Source: a virus
Lineage: Duplodnaviria; Caudoviricetes
IMG/VR virus record: IMGVR_UViG_3300017912_001072
Coordinates: 1-29,483 of that record
Length of the DNA: 29,483 bases
Reading direction: 5' to 3' (one strand)
Shown here: piece after piece, positions 9,179 to 17,082 of the stretch
How positions within the stretch are numbered: the first letter of the stretch is position 1
Layout: every line of letters begins with the position of its first letter
Notes under the pieces: generated by a model
Database searches by the model: none
What the model saw: only the letters and a program-made list of their open reading frames with translations
Told to the model about the DNA's origin: nothing
Translations under genes and position numbers: made by a program

Positions 9179-9868
9179 ATGAAAAATATTTTATTCAAAC
9201 AAGCTCCGATGGGAGAGCTTATAGACATGGATGACAAAGCTGGGATAGTCAAAGGCTATGCCTCAGTTTTTAATAATGTAGATTCCGATGGGGACATAAT
9301 CAGAAAAGGCGCCTATCTCAAAACAATAGAAGAGAATGGCTACAGAGTCAAGTATCTTTACCAGCATGAAATGGACAAGCCAATAGGCAAAATGAGAATG
9401 CTAGAGGAGGATGAAAAGGGCTTAATGTTTGAGGCTGAAATAGCTAAGACAACTCTTGGAAAAGATGTTATGGAACTCATAAAAGCTGGAGTAATAACTG
9501 AGAACTCAGTGGGAATAATGCCTATAAGAAAAGAAATGAACTCAGATAATAAAAGAGAAATCTATGAGGTAAAACTCTATGAGGTTTCCGCTGTTACACT
9601 AGCAGCAAATGATGAGGCGAAAATAATGGATCACAAAGGAAACTTTGATCCAGAGAAGGTAGCTGATCGCTATGATAAAATAGCTAAGCTACTAAGGAAA
9701 GGAAATATCTCAGATGATTTAGGTTTTGCCTTAGAGTCTGAAATATATAAGCTCAAAGGAATATTTCAAGCATTCACTTTGCCGACTATAGAAGTCACAG
9801 AGCCGATAGAAGTTAAAAACGATGAGCTAGAGTTTTTAAAAAATGTTTATAATAATCTTAAAAATTAA
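9179..9868 (+). CDS. HK97-family prohead protease
   Basis: GYASVFNNVDSDGDII, LYQH..DKPIG, SVG, LYEVSAVTLAAN. Confidence 0.93.
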   Translation: MKNILFKQAPMGELIDMDDKAGIVKGYASVFNNVDSDGDIIRKGAYLKTIEENGYRVKYLYQHEMDKPIGKMRMLEEDEKGLMFEAEIAKTTLGKDVMELIKAGVITENSVGIMPIRKEMNSDNKREIYEVKLYEVSAVTLAANDEAKIMDHKGNFDPEKVADRYDKIAKLLRKGNISDDLGFALESEIYKLKGIFQAFTLPTIEVTEPIEVKNDELEFLKNVYNNLKN

Positions 9869-9874
9869 TTTATC

Positions 9875-11089
9875 ATGTCTAACATTCAAGAACAACTAGA
9901 CAAAATTGGAAGTCTAGTAGATGAAAGAATTGAGAAGGCATCTGGACAGATAAAAGACAACGCTAGAAATGAAATGGATAGCGTACTAAAATCTGAAATA
10001 GAAAACCTATCTCAAGACTTTGTAGCTAAGTTTGATGAGCAAACCAAAAGAATGGATGCTGTAGAACTAGCTGCAAAAAAAGATGTGGAGAACTCTATGA
10101 AGTTATCTTTTAAAGGTCAAATCGAAAAGGCTGTAAATGATGGCGCATTAGAAGGCATCCGCAAAGGAACTCATAATGGAGCTAGATTCGAAGTAAAAAG
10201 CTCTGATATGACTATGGCTAACACTAACACTGGTGTAGTAGCTAGAGAGCAAGTGATCGAAGATTTCAAGTTTGATCCATCTAGAAAAGTACATATTCGT
10301 ACTTTAATTCCTAATGGATCTACTGATGCTCAGACTGTAAGATTCCCTAAAGAATCAGCTTATACTGATAATGCAGCTGCTACAGCTCAAGGATCAGCAC
10401 TAGGTCAGTCTGACTTTGACATCACTGCTACTTCTGTAAACATGGAGAAAATCGGAACTTTCATGAAGCTTACTGATGAAATGCTCCAAGACACAGCTGG
10501 TTTATCATCTTACTTAGCTGCTAGAGTACCTAACAAGGTGCTATCTGTAGAGGATACTGAGATTCTAAACGGAGATGGGTCAAGCCCAAATCTAGATGGA
10601 CTCTTTACTGATGGAACTGCTTTCACCACATCTAGTGGCGGATTATTTTATCAGTCTGTAGAATCAGCTAATGAGTATGATGTTGTAGTAGTAGCTTTGA
10701 ATCAGTTAGCTCTTGTAAACTATACAGCTGACACTATCTTACTAAATCCAACTGATTTACATAAGATTGTATTATTGAAATCTACTGCTAATGAATATCT
10801 AAGACAGCAAATTTATTCTGGAATCCAGCCTACTATTATGGGCATTCCAGTAACTATAAACACTGCTGTACCTAATGGTAAATTCTTAGTAATGGACTCA
10901 AGAGCAGCTACTCAATACTGGATCAGAGAGAATCTAGGAATCGAATTTTCTAGAGAGGATGGAACAAACTTCCAAAGTAACTTTGTGACAGTAAGAGCGC
11001 AACTTAGAGCTGGACTTACTAACTATGCTCCTAATGCAATAGTGCAAGGAACATTCTCAACTGCTAAAACAGCTTTAGAGACTTCATAA
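9875..11089 (+). CDS. major capsid protein (HK97 fold)
   Basis: Coiled-coil delta-domain-like N-terminus; EDTEILNGDG, LNPTD, IMGIPV, FQSNFVTVRA; follows the protease. Confidence 0.93.
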   Translation: MSNIQEQLDKIGSLVDERIEKASGQIKDNARNEMDSVLKSEIENLSQDFVAKFDEQTKRMDAVELAAKKDVENSMKLSFKGQIEKAVNDGALEGIRKGTHNGARFEVKSSDMTMANTNTGVVAREQVIEDFKFDPSRKVHIRTLIPNGSTDAQTVRFPKESAYTDNAAATAQGSALGQSDFDITATSVNMEKIGTFMKLTDEMLQDTAGLSSYLAARVPNKVLSVEDTEILNGDGSSPNLDGLFTDGTAFTTSSGGLFYQSVESANEYDVVVVALNQLALVNYTADTILLNPTDLHKIVLLKSTANEYLRQQIYSGIQPTIMGIPVTINTAVPNGKFLVMDSRAATQYWIRENLGIEFSREDGTNFQSNFVTVRAQLRAGLTNYAPNAIVQGTFSTAKTALETS

Positions 11090-11107
11090 TCTATGAAGAG
11101 ATTGATT

Positions 11108-11137
11108 AAAGGGGATCTTTGTGATCCTCTTTTTTTT
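11108..11137 (+). terminator. intrinsic terminator after the capsid gene
   Basis: AGGGGATC-TTTGT-GATCCTCT stem followed by a T-run. Confidence 0.8.
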
Positions 11138-11176
11138 ACCTCTACTCTAAAAAAACTTAAAAAAAATTAAAAAAAG

Positions 11177-11208
11177 TTTGTATAAAATAAAAAAAGCTTG
11201 TATTTTTA
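11177..11208 (+). promoter_or_regulatory. Bacteroidota -33/-7 promoter (TTTG-20 nt-TATTTTTA)
   Basis: Consensus-like spacing, one mismatch in the -7 box; upstream of the small-gene island. Confidence 0.5.
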
Positions 11209-11239
11209 CAGAGTAAAACAAAATAAAACACTATTAATT

Positions 11240-11377
11240 ATGAAATCAGTAAACGTACACAGAAAAATTAATTTAAGAGCCAATTTAATCGGAGTATATA
11301 CTACAAGGTTTGGAGATTCTAAAAAAGCCGCTTTAACTGTTAATGAGATTTTTAAAGCTTCAACCTATAACAAATAA
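11240..11377 (+). CDS. 45-aa hypothetical protein (MKSVNVHRKINLRAN...)
   Basis: ATG after an A-rich leader; fills the space between the promoter and the first hairpin repeat. Confidence 0.55.
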   Translation: MKSVNVHRKINLRANLIGVYTTRFGDSKKAALTVNEIFKASTYNK

Positions 11378-11383
11378 AACAAC

Positions 11384-11407
11384 TAACCAAGGGAGCCGAA
11401 AGGCTCC
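11384..11407 (+). repeat. direct repeat copy 1, TAACCAAGGGAGCCGAAAGGCTCC (GNRA hairpin)
   Basis: Identical 24-mer at 11709-11732; GGAGCC-GAAA-GGCTCC stem-loop with no U-tract. Confidence 0.9.
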
Positions 11408-11424
11408 CATTAAAATTTAATATT

Positions 11425-11694
11425 ATGAACACATTTGAAATTATTACACTAGCAGAAATTTTTAACAAGATTAATAACGGAGAGGAAACCAGCGTAAGAT
11501 ACGATGTAAAAGATGATCAGTTTAAAGTAGAGGCAATCAAGGATGATGAGAGCTACTGGTCTGTATATGTATCACAATGGCTACAAAACCAGAATAAATG
11601 GGCTACTGACTACATTTGCACCAAAAGTACTCATTCAATGACTGGAGGTATCTCTGAGGCTATCGATGAAATCATATCACACATAGAGGCTTAA
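11425..11694 (+). CDS. hypothetical protein
   Basis: 89-aa ORF bracketed by the two repeats. Confidence 0.7.
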   Translation: MNTFEIITLAEIFNKINNGEETSVRYDVKDDQFKVEAIKDDESYWSVYVSQWLQNQNKWATDYICTKSTHSMTGGISEAIDEIISHIEA

Positions 11695-11708
11695 AATACA
11701 TTAATCAA

Positions 11709-11732
11709 TAACCAAGGGAGCCGAAAGGCTCC
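11709..11732 (+). repeat. direct repeat copy 2 (GNRA hairpin)
   Basis: Identical to 11384-11407. Confidence 0.9.
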
Positions 11733-11764
11733 GATTAAATCAACTAACTTAAAATCAACATATT

Positions 11765-12016
11765 ATGGAGTTTAAAAAAATCGCTTACTTTGTAGTCAGT
11801 AAAAAATCTGATGTATTTATGACAGAGGATGGAAAATGGACAACCAACTTTAATAAGGCTAGAGCCTTTGAAAACAGAAAAGATGCTATCACTTTCATTA
11901 GCAGTCTTAGTTTAAGAAAAGCCAGTGTAACAGAAGTACAAGACTGGTGGATCATAGAAAACAACCAGATGACTAGATCTGGTCAAGCATTAATTCAAAA
12001 TAAAAATCATGGATAA
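11765..12016 (+). CDS. hypothetical protein
   Basis: 83-aa ORF with WTTNFNKARAF..RKDA pattern. Confidence 0.7.
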   Translation: MEFKKIAYFVVSKKSDVFMTEDGKWTTNFNKARAFENRKDAITFISSLSLRKASVTEVQDWWIIENNQMTRSGQALIQNKNHG

Positions 12017-12161
12017 TCAATTAAGAGAATATAAAAGAATCAGCAATAGGAGAAACTATGTTTTTCTCAAAAAACAAATTAAGTATACGTTCCTAGTATT
12101 ATTTGGATCTGTATTAGGTGCGCATTTAATAACATTTTTATTAATTTATTTTGTACTATGA
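12009..12161 (+). CDS. 50-aa single-pass membrane protein
   Basis: MDNQLREYKR...TFLVLFGSVLGAHLITFLLIYFVL; overlaps both neighbours. Confidence 0.6.
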   Translation: MDNQLREYKRISNRRNYVFLKKQIKYTFLVLFGSVLGAHLITFLLIYFVL

Positions 12162-12304
12162 AAAAGCCGACAGCAAAAAAGATTAAATGGATTTTAATAA
12201 TTCTATTTATGGTTTGGGGGTTTAGTTTATTTATTAGGTTTGGCGCCTACTTTGACTCATTCCTAATGACACTACTAGCCATAATGATTTACGCTAATGA
12301 ATAA
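12158..12304 (+). CDS. 48-aa membrane protein
   Basis: MKKPTAKKIKWILIILFMVWGFSLFIRFGAYFDSFLMTLLAIMIYANE; ATGA overlap. Confidence 0.6.
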   Translation: MKKPTAKKIKWILIILFMVWGFSLFIRFGAYFDSFLMTLLAIMIYANE

Positions 12305-12410
12305 AAAAGACACTTTTAACGAGTCTATGGCTAAGATAGACAAGTCCATAGAGAACATTAAAAAGCTTAATGAGCTTATAAAAAGATTAGAGAATCCCAG
12401 ATCTAAATAG
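12297..12410 (+). CDS. 37-aa coiled-coil-like peptide
   Basis: MNKKDTFNESMAKIDKSIENIKKLNELIKRLENPRSK; 8-nt overlap, ends before a terminator. Confidence 0.5.
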   Translation: MNKKDTFNESMAKIDKSIENIKKLNELIKRLENPRSK

Positions 12411-12433
12411 TTAATAATGTTTTTTTCGTTTGG

Positions 12434-12463
12434 AGCTGCTCAGAAATGGGCAGCTTTTTTTTT
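12434..12463 (+). terminator. intrinsic terminator closing the small-gene island
   Basis: AGCTGCTC-AGAAAT-GGGCAGCT followed by a T-run. Confidence 0.8.
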
Positions 12464-12492
12464 ATTATCTTAGGAAAGGATAATTTTAGAAT

Positions 12493-12864
12493 TTGGAAAG
12501 CAATAGCTTAGGATGTTTTGCAGAATATCTATTTTGTGCTGAATGTACAAAGAGAGGATTCACTGTCTCAATGCCCATTCTAGATTCTAGTCCGTATGAC
12601 TGTATTTTAGACACTGGTAAAAACCTCTACAAGATCCAGATCAAGTCATCAGCTAAAACTCCCAGAGGGAATGAGAACTCAGTAAACATTCCCTTAAATA
12701 ACGCTAAAAGTAAATACACTAAAAAGAATGTGGACTATTTTGCTGTTTACAGCGCTTTTTACGAAGGATTTTTTCTTTTCCCTAATAGGGGAGGTATGCA
12801 ATCATTTAGAGCCTCTAAAAGCGGTATAAATAAGATTTACTACAATAATTTTGATATAGTTTAA
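12493..12864 (+). CDS. free-standing PD-(D/E)xK endonuclease (PDDEXK_5 / I-Ssp6803I-like)
   Basis: GCFAE...GFTVSMP...PYDCILD...KIQIKS...VDYFAVY. Confidence 0.8.
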   Translation: MESNSLGCFAEYLFCAECTKRGFTVSMPILDSSPYDCILDTGKNLYKIQIKSSAKTPRGNENSVNIPLNNAKSKYTKKNVDYFAVYSAFYEGFFLFPNRGGMQSFRASKSGINKIYYNNFDIV

Positions 12865-12927
12865 AATCACTATATTTGTTTTTATACTTTTTTTCATAAT
12901 AGTTAAAGTTTTAATTTGGTTTGGTTG

Positions 12928-12959
12928 GCGCTGCTATTTATTAGTGGCGCTTTTTTTTT
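12928..12959 (+). terminator. intrinsic terminator
   Basis: GCGCTGCTA-TTTAT-TAGTGGCGC followed by T9. Confidence 0.75.
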
Positions 12960-12966
12960 AAATTTG
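12959..12966 (+). promoter_or_regulatory. -7 promoter box (TAAATTTG)
   Basis: TAnnTTTG 16 nt before ATG 12983. Confidence 0.5.
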
Positions 12967-12982
12967 TAGAAAATAAATAATC

Positions 12983-13189
12983 ATGAAAGTAATTTTATTA
13001 AAAGATGTTTACTCAGTCGAAGGCTGGAGAAAAGAAGGTGAAGTAGTGGAACTAGAAGGAAAAGAACTCAGACACTACTTAGCTGTAGAAATAGCTAAGC
13101 CTTACAAAGAAGAGAAGGAAGTAAAAGCTCCTAAAGCTACTAAAGAAGCAAAAGCTCCAGCAAAGAGGACTACTAAAAAAGCTAAATAA
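12983..13189 (+). CDS. small head-module protein with bL9-N-like start and Lys/Ala-rich tail
   Basis: MKVILLKDV...KEGEVVEL; KAPKATKEAKAPAKRTTKKAK; located before the head-tail connector. Confidence 0.7.
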   Translation: MKVILLKDVYSVEGWRKEGEVVELEGKELRHYLAVEIAKPYKEEKEVKAPKATKEAKAPAKRTTKKAK

Positions 13190-13746
13190 TGTCATACAAT
13201 AGCAAAGGGTATTCTAGCGAAATTCCAGAGGACTTTCACTATCAAGTCAAAGTAAACTCTGTCACTGGATCAGAGCTTGTTACTACAGCTACAGCTAAAA
13301 TTTTTCTCAGAGTAGATACTACAGCAGATGATAGTCTAATAGAAAAAATGATAGTCACTGCTAGAGTATCTATAGAGAATTATTTATCTAGAGACATAGT
13401 AGCAAAAAATAGAACTGTCTATGTTCCATATCTAGGATCAAGGCTAAATCTACCTTTTGCGCCAGTGGCTACTATTAGCTCGGTGACTGTAGATGGCTCT
13501 ACTGCAACCTATGAGATCAAAGGTTTAGACAAGGAGATAATTCTTTTAGATACTCTACCAGCAAAAGAGGTAAAAGTCACTTATATTACTGAGGGACTTA
13601 CTGGATCTAACTTTGATCATGCCATTTTGCAGCTTGTATCTACTTACTATGATAATAGATCTGAGTTTGTTACTGGTGAGGCTGTCAATAAGATCCCAAC
13701 TTCTGTAAAGGATTTTTTGATAGGTGAGAAAAACATATTTATTTAA
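13189..13746 (+). CDS. head-tail connector (gp6/gp15-like)
   Basis: AKIFLRVDTTADDSLIE..IVTAR...AILQLVSTYYDNR. Confidence 0.88.
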   Translation: MSYNSKGYSSEIPEDFHYQVKVNSVTGSELVTTATAKIFLRVDTTADDSLIEKMIVTARVSIENYLSRDIVAKNRTVYVPYLGSRLNLPFAPVATISSVTVDGSTATYEIKGLDKEIILLDTLPAKEVKVTYITEGLTGSNFDHAILQLVSTYYDNRSEFVTGEAVNKIPTSVKDFLIGEKNIFI

Positions 13747-14072
13747 TGAATGCTGGAAAACTAGATACTAGAGTTTTAGTCAAGCGCCTTACTAAGACAG
13801 CTGATGGCTATGGAGGAACAACCTCAACAAAAGCAACTGTCTCAACTATTTGGGCTTATAAAAAGGATGTAGCTGGTGATATCAAGACTCAAAACGTACA
13901 AAGAAAAAAGTTTATAGATATTGAGCTGGTAATTAGGAAAAAGACAGCTGATGACATCCAAGATAATGACATTCTACAGATAGAGGGTAACTCTACTGAA
14001 TATAGAATTAATGAGATCTTTGACAGCGAACACAAATATTATACAACTATAAGAGCTACAAAAATTGGCTAG
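13746..14072 (+). CDS. head closure / head-tail adaptor
   Basis: MNAGKLDTRV...DGYGG...WA. Confidence 0.85.
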   Translation: MNAGKLDTRVLVKRLTKTADGYGGTTSTKATVSTIWAYKKDVAGDIKTQNVQRKKFIDIELVIRKKTADDIQDNDILQIEGNSTEYRINEIFDSEHKYYTTIRATKIG

Positions 14073-14580
14073 TGTTAAGATAAATAACAGTGATATGAGA
14101 AAACTCCAGAAAAAAATATCGGAGTTAAAAAAGCTGTCTGATAGAGATCTAAGCACTGAGCTAGGAAAAACTGTAGCTCTGGCGGATGCTAGAATGAAGA
14201 GAACTATCTCTGGAGCTGGATTCAAAGAGTCAAAGGGTGGACTCATACAAGGTCAAAACTTTGGTAAGGCTGGGAATCAAGCTTTTGTAGAGAATCTGAC
14301 TAATTATTCGCCTTACATAGAATTTGGAATAGGTAAAGGAGTAGATCTATCAGAGATGAGAGAGCTGGGGATTCCAGCTAGTTATGCTAGTCAATTTAAA
14401 GGAAAAGGATTCACTGGGACTATTCCAGTTAATCTAGGAACTAAAGAAAGTCCAAACTGGAGGCAAGTATCATTCCCCCAAGATAGGGCGCCAAAACCAT
14501 TCTTTTTTCCATCTATGAGAATAGAATTTAAAAGCTTACTAGATAGATTAATTAAAAGAATAAAAGACATAAAAAGATGA
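14065..14580 (+). CDS. neck protein (HK97 gp10-like)
   Basis: YSPYIEFG...PKPFFFPS; synteny. Confidence 0.75.
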   Translation: MASVKINNSDMRKLQKKISELKKLSDRDLSTELGKTVALADARMKRTISGAGFKESKGGLIQGQNFGKAGNQAFVENLTNYSPYIEFGIGKGVDLSEMRELGIPASYASQFKGKGFTGTIPVNLGTKESPNWRQVSFPQDRAPKPFFFPSMRIEFKSLLDRLIKRIKDIKR

Positions 14581-15011
14581 ATGAGGCTTTACATCATTTA
14601 AGGGCTATATATTACACTAGATTGAATAATTTATCAGTGGGGGACTTAACTGTTCCAGCTTATAATAGAGTCCCATCTAATGCCTCTGAGCCTTATATAA
14701 AGATCTATTCAGTAGGAACTAGAGAAGGAGATATAACAAAAGACTCATTTAGCGTATTGTGTGAGACTAGAATTGAAGTAGTCACTGGATTCAGTGGAGA
14801 CTCTGGAGGAGAGCTACAAGCTAATCAGATAGTAGATGAGGTAATTAATACTATAAGAACTAGGACAGCTGGTTATCCAGATCTAAGCTCTAACAGCTTT
14901 AATGTTTACACTACAGAAGTAGAAAACATCCAATATATAGAGGATGACTTTGATGATAAATCTTATTTCAGAGCCATCATAGAAGTTTCAAACCGAATAG
15001 AAAAACTATAA
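14577..15011 (+). CDS. tail terminator / tail completion protein
   Basis: YNRVPSNASEPYI motif; synteny after the gp10-like gene. Confidence 0.7.
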   Translation: MNEALHHLRAIYYTRLNNLSVGDLTVPAYNRVPSNASEPYIKIYSVGTREGDITKDSFSVLCETRIEVVTGFSGDSGGELQANQIVDEVINTIRTRTAGYPDLSSNSFNVYTTEVENIQYIEDDFDDKSYFRAIIEVSNRIEKL

Positions 15012-15016
15012 ACTTT

Positions 15017-15328
15017 ATGAAAAAATTATTTTTTTTACTATTTACTACTTTTGCAGTAGCTCAGAGTAATGACATTTATGGGCTATGGGTTAGCCATGAG
15101 GGTGAATATGTAATTATCAGAGAGAATAACACCTTTCAAAGATTTATTAAAAATGACTCTATAAAAATACTAGCTCAAGGTAATCTAGATGTAATTGATC
15201 ATGAGATCCTAGTCTTTAGAAAAGACACTTTAGATAATTATAGTTTATGCTTTTATAGAGGTAATGAAACAATGACAGTATGTAAGCCAAGAGAAGATAA
15301 AGTCTGGCTTTTTTATAAAATAAGATAA
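15017..15328 (+). CDS. secreted or periplasmic beta-rich protein with Sec signal peptide
   Basis: MKKLFFLLFTTFAVA|QSND; IYGLW lipocalin-like start. Confidence 0.65.
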   Translation: MKKLFFLLFTTFAVAQSNDIYGLWVSHEGEYVIIRENNTFQRFIKNDSIKILAQGNLDVIDHEILVFRKDTLDNYSLCFYRGNETMTVCKPREDKVWLFYKIR

Positions 15329-15480
15329 TGGATGATATGAGAATATTTGGACTGTATGGGCTGAATTTATCAGCTTTAATGATTAGCGTAAGCGAAATAA
15401 ACCCTATACTTCAAATGCTTGTTCTAGCAGCAACGCTAGTATTTACCATTGTAAACATAGTAAAAGCCCTAAAAAAATGA
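15328..15480 (+). CDS. small holin-like membrane protein (50 aa)
   Basis: [50 protein letters not shown]: two hydrophobic segments, basic C-terminus, coupled to both neighbours. Confidence 0.6.
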   Translation: MDDMRIFGLYGLNLSALMISVSEINPILQMLVLAATLVFTIVNIVKALKK

Positions 15481-15878
15481 AATTACCTAGCAATGTAGCA
15501 AAAGACATCCGCCACTATATAGGTGCGCTGATAGTCTTTTTTTTAGTAGTAATAATTTTGTTTTATCTAACAAAGTATCAGATCCCTAGTGATAATGCTC
15601 AGATAGTAAATACTTTAATAGGTATGATAGCAGCATCAATCGCTATGGTAATATCTAGTATAACTGGAAGGAATCCAGATGATCTAGAAGCTGCAAAGAA
15701 AAAGATAGAAAGTCTTGAGATGAAAATTGAAATGCTAGTCCAATCAAAAGATATGCTTGAGAATATGCTTATAAAGGTGCAAGATGATACTATAGATAGG
15801 TTATTACTTAATAAAACTATGGCATTTGATGACTGTAATAGAGGGAAATGCAAGTGTAAAAATGAATGTAATGGATAA
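15477..15878 (+). CDS. two-TM protein with coiled coil and Cys-rich tail (lysis module)
   Basis: Two hydrophobic helices, heptad region, [12 protein letters not shown]. Confidence 0.65.
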   Translation: MKLPSNVAKDIRHYIGALIVFFLVVIILFYLTKYQIPSDNAQIVNTLIGMIAASIAMVISSITGRNPDDLEAAKKKIESLEMKIEMLVQSKDMLENMLIKVQDDTIDRLLLNKTMAFDDCNRGKCKCKNECNG

Positions 15879-16254
15879 ACTTAAATACTTTAAACTTGAT
15901 GAATTTGATTCTCCAGACCAAAAGGGTAGCGGTGCTGAATATATGTCTAGTGATTTTATGTATAAGCTTGATCTGGCTAGGCATTATGCCCAAATACCAT
16001 TCACTATTAACAGCGGAGTCAGAACACCAAAGCATAACGCAAAAGTGGGAGGAAAACCTAACAGCTCCCATCTCAGTACAACAGAGGGAGGAGCTTGTGC
16101 AGCAGATATTAAGTACATTGGATCCAGAGCTAGATTCGTTATTGTCAACTCGCTGCTCAGAGCTGGATTATATAGGATCGGAATACATGAGTTTTTCATC
16201 CATGTCGATGATGATCCAAGCAAAGACAAAGATGTCATCTGGTTATATAAGTAA
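15871..16254 (+). CDS. endolysin, peptidase M15 family
   Basis: INSGVR..HNAKVGG..NSSH...AADI...FIHVD; probable start ATG 15871 (MDKLKYF). Confidence 0.9.
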   Translation: MDKLKYFKLDEFDSPDQKGSGAEYMSSDFMYKLDLARHYAQIPFTINSGVRTPKHNAKVGGKPNSSHLSTTEGGACAADIKYIGSRARFVIVNSLLRAGLYRIGIHEFFIHVDDDPSKDKDVIWLYK

Positions 16255-16294
16255 TACAAGCGGATCTACAATTAAGATAAATAAAAATGATTAA
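15899..16294 (+). CDS. candidate overprinted membrane protein in the +1 frame of the endolysin
   Basis: ~131 stop-free codons, KR followed by a 20-aa hydrophobic helix, stop coupled to the holin start. Confidence 0.4.
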   Translation: MNLILQTKRVAVLNICLVILCISLIWLGIMPKYHSLLTAESEHQSITQKWEENLTAPISVQQREELVQQILSTLDPELDSLLSTRCSELDYIGSEYMSFSSMSMMIQAKTKMSSGYISNTSGSTIKINKND

Positions 16295-16664
16295 AGCTTT
16301 ATTAAGTCTTTTAGGCGGAAGGAAAAATGAGAAGTCAGCTCTAGGAGGCTTGGCATGGGAAATAAGGGAAGCTATAAAAGGCAAAGAGCTAGATCCAAAG
16401 GAGATAATAGAATTACAAACTAAAATAAATGAAGTCGAAGCACAACATAGGAGTTTATTTGTCAGTGGGTGGCGCCCTAGTGTGGGCTGGGTTTGCAGCC
16501 TTGCATTTGCTTATCATTTTGTTGCCTTTCCAATCATTAGGACTATTTATCCAGATGTTGATTTTCCGCAACTGGATACTGAGCCTCTTTTCACTGTGTT
16601 GATGGGTATGCTAGGACTAGGAGGTCTTAGAACTTATGAGAAGCTAAAAGGTAAAACCTCATGA
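16287..16664 (+). CDS. holin (GTA 3TM holin-like)
   Basis: SLFVSGWRPSVGW...LMGMLGLGGLRTYEK. Confidence 0.8.
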   Translation: MIKALLSLLGGRKNEKSALGGLAWEIREAIKGKELDPKEIIELQTKINEVEAQHRSLFVSGWRPSVGWVCSLAFAYHFVAFPIIRTIYPDVDFPQLDTEPLFTVLMGMLGLGGLRTYEKLKGKTS

Positions 16665-16795
16665 GGGTAAAGATCAAAGAAATAACTAATTTTGAAAAAC
16701 CCAGAAAAAAAAGAAAAGGAGTCCATTCAAAAAATGCCTCTAAGAATAAAAGAGGCTGGAAAAAGAAATACAGAGGTCAAGGTAAAAGGAGATAA
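16661..16795 (+). CDS. 44-aa highly basic protein ending KKYRGQGKRR
   Basis: MRVKIKEITNFEKPRKKRKGVHSKNASKNKRGWKKKYRGQGKRR; ATGA overlap. Confidence 0.65.
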   Translation: MRVKIKEITNFEKPRKKRKGVHSKNASKNKRGWKKKYRGQGKRR

Positions 16796-16797
16796 AA

Positions 16798-17082
16798 ATG
16801 GCTACAAAACAATTATATAGTGCAAATCATTATCATAGGCTAAGCTTTGGAGATTTTGGCTTTAGGCTTTTAGATGAGGGTGGCACTACCTCAACTCCAT
16901 CTGGAGAGAGTTTTTGTACTATACACTGTCTAAAGGATGCAGTAATTACGATGACTTCTAATCATACTACTGGAGATAGTTCTATTACTGATCTAGATTT
17001 TAAAGAAGGTCATATTTTATATGGGGATTTTCACACTATCTCTATTACTGGTGGAATTGTAATGTGTTACTTACATAGATAA
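16798..17082 (+). CDS. hypothetical beta-rich protein, possibly virion-associated
   Basis: 94-aa ORF with GHILYGDF..I.ITGG. Confidence 0.65.
   Translation: MATKQLYSANHYHRLSFGDFGFRLLDEGGTTSTPSGESFCTIHCLKDAVITMTSNHTTGDSSITDLDFKEGHILYGDFHTISITGGIVMCYLHR

Noticed and set aside
11384-11732. Repeat pair as a CRISPR array or attachment site
   Set aside because: Only two copies, separated by ~300 nt containing a gene; no cas or integrase gene in the window.
15826-15870. Longer endolysin N-terminus given in the track
   Set aside because: It overlaps the upstream gene extensively; ATG 15871 gives the usual 8-nt overlap.
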